Assembly (NCBI GenBank): GCA_964016885.1
Contig: OZ024745.1
Coordinates: forward strand, 27,652,001 to 27,716,000
Length of the DNA stretch: 64,000 bases
Direction: 5' to 3'
Origin: Eledone cirrhosa
Taxonomy: Eukaryota
Part shown: positions 58,704-64,000 of the stretch, piece by piece
Position numbering within the stretch: the first letter of the stretch is position 1
How the letters are laid out: every line of letters begins with the position of its first letter
Notes under the pieces: model-generated
Told to the model about the DNA's origin: nothing
What the model saw: the letters and a program-made list of their open reading frames with translations, nothing else
Databases searched by the model: none
Position numbers and translations under genes: made by a program

Positions 58704-58737
<34 letters not shown>

Positions 58738-59553
58738 TTTGTGTGTGTGTGTGTCTGTTTGTGTGTTGCGAGTTTGGTGTATGCGCGTAACATTATAATA
58801 TTTGTACAGGAAGTATAGATATTTGTACAGAAAGGCAAAATACCCGCGCGTGTGTGTGTATGTGTGTGTGTCTGTGTGTCTGTGAGTACAAAGATGTTGC
58901 GTTTGTGTTTGTGTGTGTGTTGGAGCGGGAGTACAAAGCGGGTGTGTGTTTGTGTGTGTATAAGTGTGTGTATGTGTGTGTATAAGTGTGTGTGTGTATG
59001 TGTGTGTGTGTGTGTGTGTGAAAAGTATATTTGTGAACTATTTACGATTTATGAGTAATACTGCAGTGTAGAACTTTAACTCTTGAGACAATAGTACAAA
59101 AATACCGTTTATTTGATATCAATAAATTAAGAACGACAAAGATTTTATTCTTAACACGCAAAATACGATTGATAAACCTTTAAATAGAAAATTAAATAAA
59201 AGATCTCAACATATATAATTGGAATTAGATGAAAGGATTTATTTCAAAGACCAAAGTTGACAATATATTACAATGGAAACGTAGACAACGCTTTAACTGG
59301 TTTGAAGTAGCTTGAAGGTTTCAGCAACTAATATTTTAGTTGCAGGACTTCTGCCATCAAAGAAAAGTGCATTCTGTAAGTCAAAATGTAAAAGAAAGAA
59401 AGAAGGAAAGAATGAAAGAAAGAAAGAAAGAACGAAAGAAAGAAGTCTTTATATTAATGAACATCGAGATAATTTAGATATATCTGAAGACAATTCGAAT
59501 ACTTCTAAAAGATTTCCATCTGGAAATCCGACAAAATTCCGAGCAGCCATTAT

Positions 59554-59765
<212 letters not shown>

Positions 59766-60822
59766 GATGGTCGGGGCCCGAGTCGGCAGTGTCATCTCTT
59801 CAGATATGCGTTCGTAGGGACATTCAAACTGTTGAAAGAGAACAAGTGATCCCCTTATGTATTTTAGGGTGTGAGGATGAGGAGATAAATAAATAATAAA
59901 TAAATGAATAAATAAATAATAAATGAATAAAATGTAAATAAATACAATAAGATGCATATAAAAAATACATATAAAAATAGAAATTAGAATGGACAGAAAG
60001 GTGAAATAGAGAAGAAAGAAACAAGATAGATAAAACAGTCCTGTCTAACTTCTCGTAATTTACTGATTGGGAAAGAACTGGAGGAGAGAGAGAAGGGTGT
60101 GTGAAAGTGAGAGACAGAGAGAAAGGTGTATTGAGAGACAGAGAGAAAGTAAGGAAATGAGAGACAGTGGCAGTTTGAAGAAAGAAGGATTGAAAAGATG
60201 TTTGGATGTATTATGAAGGATTCCAGAATGTGGTGTGTCTACGCATGTAACAAAATGCATCATCTTATATACTACAATTATTCTTCAAATGCACCAAATA
60301 TAATTCCGTCGGCAGACGTCCAGAGCCTGCTTGCAATAACAATACCACATGATCGTTTTCAGGAATGTTAGCAATTTAAATCTTTTTGTTGGTAACGATT
60401 TCAAATCATTACAGTTTATTTAACATCCTCTATTAACTTGACATGAAGCTTGCCAAGAAGCGACAGGCTTCATTTCTAATATGAATTCTAAAATATAGAA
60501 TATACACCGTAAGTAAGTTAACAAGCAATATATTGAATGACCAAATAATAGATTACAGTGATGTTCTGCCAAAGATTTAATCCAGCCATATTATTCTAAA
60601 TAAATACGAACATGGAATAATAATAAAAAAATTCCACGCTTTCTTTTCATTTGAATGCTCGTGCGGAATTCTGTATTTGAATGCTATTCTTTATCCTCCC
60701 TTCTCTTCTAGCTGTCTTTCAGGTGTACATACGTAACACACACACACAGACACACTCACATACATACACACAGACACACATACATACGCACGCACACACA
60801 CACACACGCACGCACACACGCA

Positions 60823-60915
<93 letters not shown>

Positions 60916-61164
60916 TGCGCTTATTTGTAGGAACAAGGGAATTCATAAACTAAATAACGCATTTAATACATGCTGAATTAGAGTTAAAAATATCTATTTA
61001 TTTATAAATTCATTTACAAATATGTTTCGATCATACATTTCTAAGAGGTGGTCGTGTTGACAATATTGCAAATAGAACGGAACACGCCCACCATATAATA
61101 TTCAATTTATCTTTATCTATATAGTTCGTTATTCATTCGTTTGTCAAAGTTCTTTTGTCACAAA

Positions 61165-61253
<89 letters not shown>

Positions 61254-61473
61254 ATAAGAAAATGCGAAGTAGTTTCAGATGTTAAAGTCCTTTATTGATA
61301 ATGCTGTGATACATATTTCAATGACGACAGTAGCCACACGATTCCGTGTACCCAGTGCCGTGACATTATCAGACAGCTTCTTACATAATAAGGTTACGTT
61401 CCCGAGGCAATCCAAAGTGAAATGAAAAAATACGTCGAGTGCTTGAATTGAATTGCATCAATATTTACCGTAA

Positions 61474-61508
<35 letters not shown>

Positions 61509-61509
61509 A

Positions 61510-61570
<61 letters not shown>

Positions 61571-62519
61571 TAGAAGTGACACATATATAAGTAGAAGTGA
61601 ATGAGGGATATAAAGTGAAAGAAGAGACGGACATCTAAACAGCGGGAGAGGTTAAACATGGTAAACAATGAATATGAAAAAGAAAACATGTGGTGAACAG
61701 AATATATGCACAAAAACGTAAGATCAATGAAAATATATAGGCCGGATGAAAGTAGAAATAGAGCGAAACCAACGTTTTAGGTTAAACTCTATAGAGAGTG
61801 AAAGAAGAAAGGTGTAAGCATGAAATAATAAAACAGGAACGTTATAACCTGAATGTATTTGAGCATAGATATGCTTGATTAAGACCGACATTAGTTAAGC
61901 ATCAACAACAATAACATTAATAAAGCAATACTAAAATCAGAAGCTATAGGAAATAGGAAGAGAAAGAACAACAGGAGCAAAAACATACAAACGAAACACA
62001 GCAAATATATTGTAGTTAAAACAATAACTGTAACGATGACATCAACATCAGTAGAAATTATAAAAGCAACGTTAACAGCAACAAGAATGGTCACAGCTAT
62101 AAATAGTTCCTGCAATTGCAGCTGCAGGAGTTAAAAAAATGTAAAAAAAAACAACAAAACAACAGAAATAACAACTAAAGCATTAACAGTTGTTAACATC
62201 AATATCAGTATCAGCATTAATATCCCTACAACAGTTGAACCAACAACAATAGTAAGATCAACAAATACAATAGCTGTTATAACGATGGAAAAAACGATTG
62301 AAACTTAGTAATTTACCTTCATATCAAAGTACAAATGACTTTTAGCAACTGCATGGTGCCGTAAATCCTATGGGAGTCGTAGGGCACCGTGTTGGCGTAT
62401 CTAAGGCATTTTAAAAAACCTGGTGGAGCCCATCTCCTCGCCAGGTCTGAATACATCAGATTTCTTCCATAGAAGAATAGAGAGTGAGAGAAAAAAAAGT
62501 AAGAAAGGGATATAGAGAA

Positions 62520-62672
62520 ACAATTGACCTCAGTACTAGACTAGTACTTTTTTATCGACCTCGAATGGATGAAAGGCAAAGTTGACCTCGGTGGGATTTG
62601 AACTTAGAGAGCCGAAACGAATACCACAAAGCATTCTATCCGACGTTCCAACTACTGCCAATTCGCCGCCTT
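62520..62672 (-). mobile_element. Diverged S1 SINE
   Basis: ttatcgacc...ggatgaaaggcaaagttgacctcggtgggatttgaact core. Confidence 0.7.
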
Positions 62673-63284
62673 TTAGCTACTATATATTACTAGAATGCTG
62701 GACCCGTATGTCTGTTGGTGCGTTTCTTCAATTAAGCACAAACAGCTCGACTTATGTACTCTTAAACAGAATCCCTTTTTGTCTAAAATAACTTCTAATA
62801 CACTTCTGGGACTGAAACACTGACAACCAACGAATGTTTTCTCTTATCTTCTATCAATAAGGAAAAGTCACTTCTAACCATTAATGGAAGAAAGACAATA
62901 GAAAGTAAGGCACACATGCAAAAGAAAAAAGAGACTTCTATATACACGAAAACAAGTACACACATATATACACACATATACTAGCACAACATGTAGGCGC
63001 TTACATATAAACACATACGCAGATATCCAATGATGAATATCCACACACAAATATACGTTCAAACATGCAACAAACATACACATGTGAATACAAATAGGAG
63101 AGAAACATATGCGACAACACACAGAGAGGAATAAGTACGACAAGAACACGCACAGACATATTAATACAAACACAAAACTGAGGTACATGGGTAAATACCT
63201 CTACAATTACATATAATAGACACACACTTATATAGATACAAAACAATATATATTATATATATATCTATCTAGGGCGGGTAAAAT

Positions 63285-63648
63285 TCCAGAGATCCATGGA
63301 TGAGTTCTCTCCAGCGGTCTCTGTCCCTCATTATCACTGCCATGTCCTGCTTCTCCAACAGATCAGTGTCTGTCCTTAGGGCATCAACATATGTTAACCT
63401 TGGTCTTCCTCTTCCAGTGTGTCCATGCAGGGGCTCCCACAGGAGCACTCAGTGCAGTGTCAACTCTGGATGTCGGTGAGCATGTCCAGCTAACCTCACT
63501 CTTCTCTGCGTCATTTCTGTAGTGGAGTCTGTGCTGCTGTACGGGTCTGAGACTTGGTCACTGACCAAGAAACTCACTCAGATGGTGGATGGGTGCTACA
63601 CGAGAATGCTGAGGATGGCTCTGAACATTAATCAGTATACACTGAGGA
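63285..63648. mobile_element. Short RTE-like LINE 3' fragment with 5' inversion
   Basis: Minus 63285-63525: RRVRLAGHAHRH...LLWEPLHG...GRGRPRLTYVD...DRDRWR; plus 63522-63645: VESVLLYGSETWSLTKK...DGCYTRMLRMALN. Confidence 0.82.
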
Positions 63649-63772
63649 TGTAGAAGTATATAAGACTACAAAGATTGGAGATGTTAGCCACATTATTGCC
63701 AACTGTGAGGCATTATATGATAGCTGGCAAGGTAATGTATATATACTGTATATATATATACATTACCTTGCT

Positions 63773-63870
<98 letters not shown>

Positions 63871-64000
63871 ACACACACACACACACACATACACACACAC
63901 ACACACATATATTTATCCGTATGTGTGTATTATGTGTGCGTGTTTTATTTGCTTCTCAGAGATTTCCTTCAAAAGTGCAATCACGAATTTCGTGATGAAA

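Overview
AT-rich, microsatellite-dense eukaryotic non-genic DNA. It looks cephalopod (Octopus-like), inferred from the SINE families and the density of (TA)n/(CA)n tracts. No host protein-coding gene is supportable; almost all short ORFs are translated microsatellites or antisense frames of retroelements. The recognisable content is transposable. It includes a near-intact RTE-clade LINE (APE-RT with an inserted PHD finger, 35.8-39.4 kb), a CRE-clade RT/REL element (24.7-27.5 kb), Tx1/L1 fragments, three Naiad-type Penelope-like elements (PLEs) with inverted 3' segments, about 20 tRNA-derived SINE copies, HINE/MITE remnants and a 54-bp minisatellite. The main unexplained signal is a dense set of more than 10 type-I hammerhead-ribozyme-like motifs in PLE-type 3' ends beside (TA)n tracts. 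Several are atypical (a ~100-nt stem II, CCGA cores, unpaired 10.1-11.1 positions), and a series of fold-back palindromes turn around inside the ribozyme itself. Folds were read by eye, and coordinates of degenerate elements are approximate.
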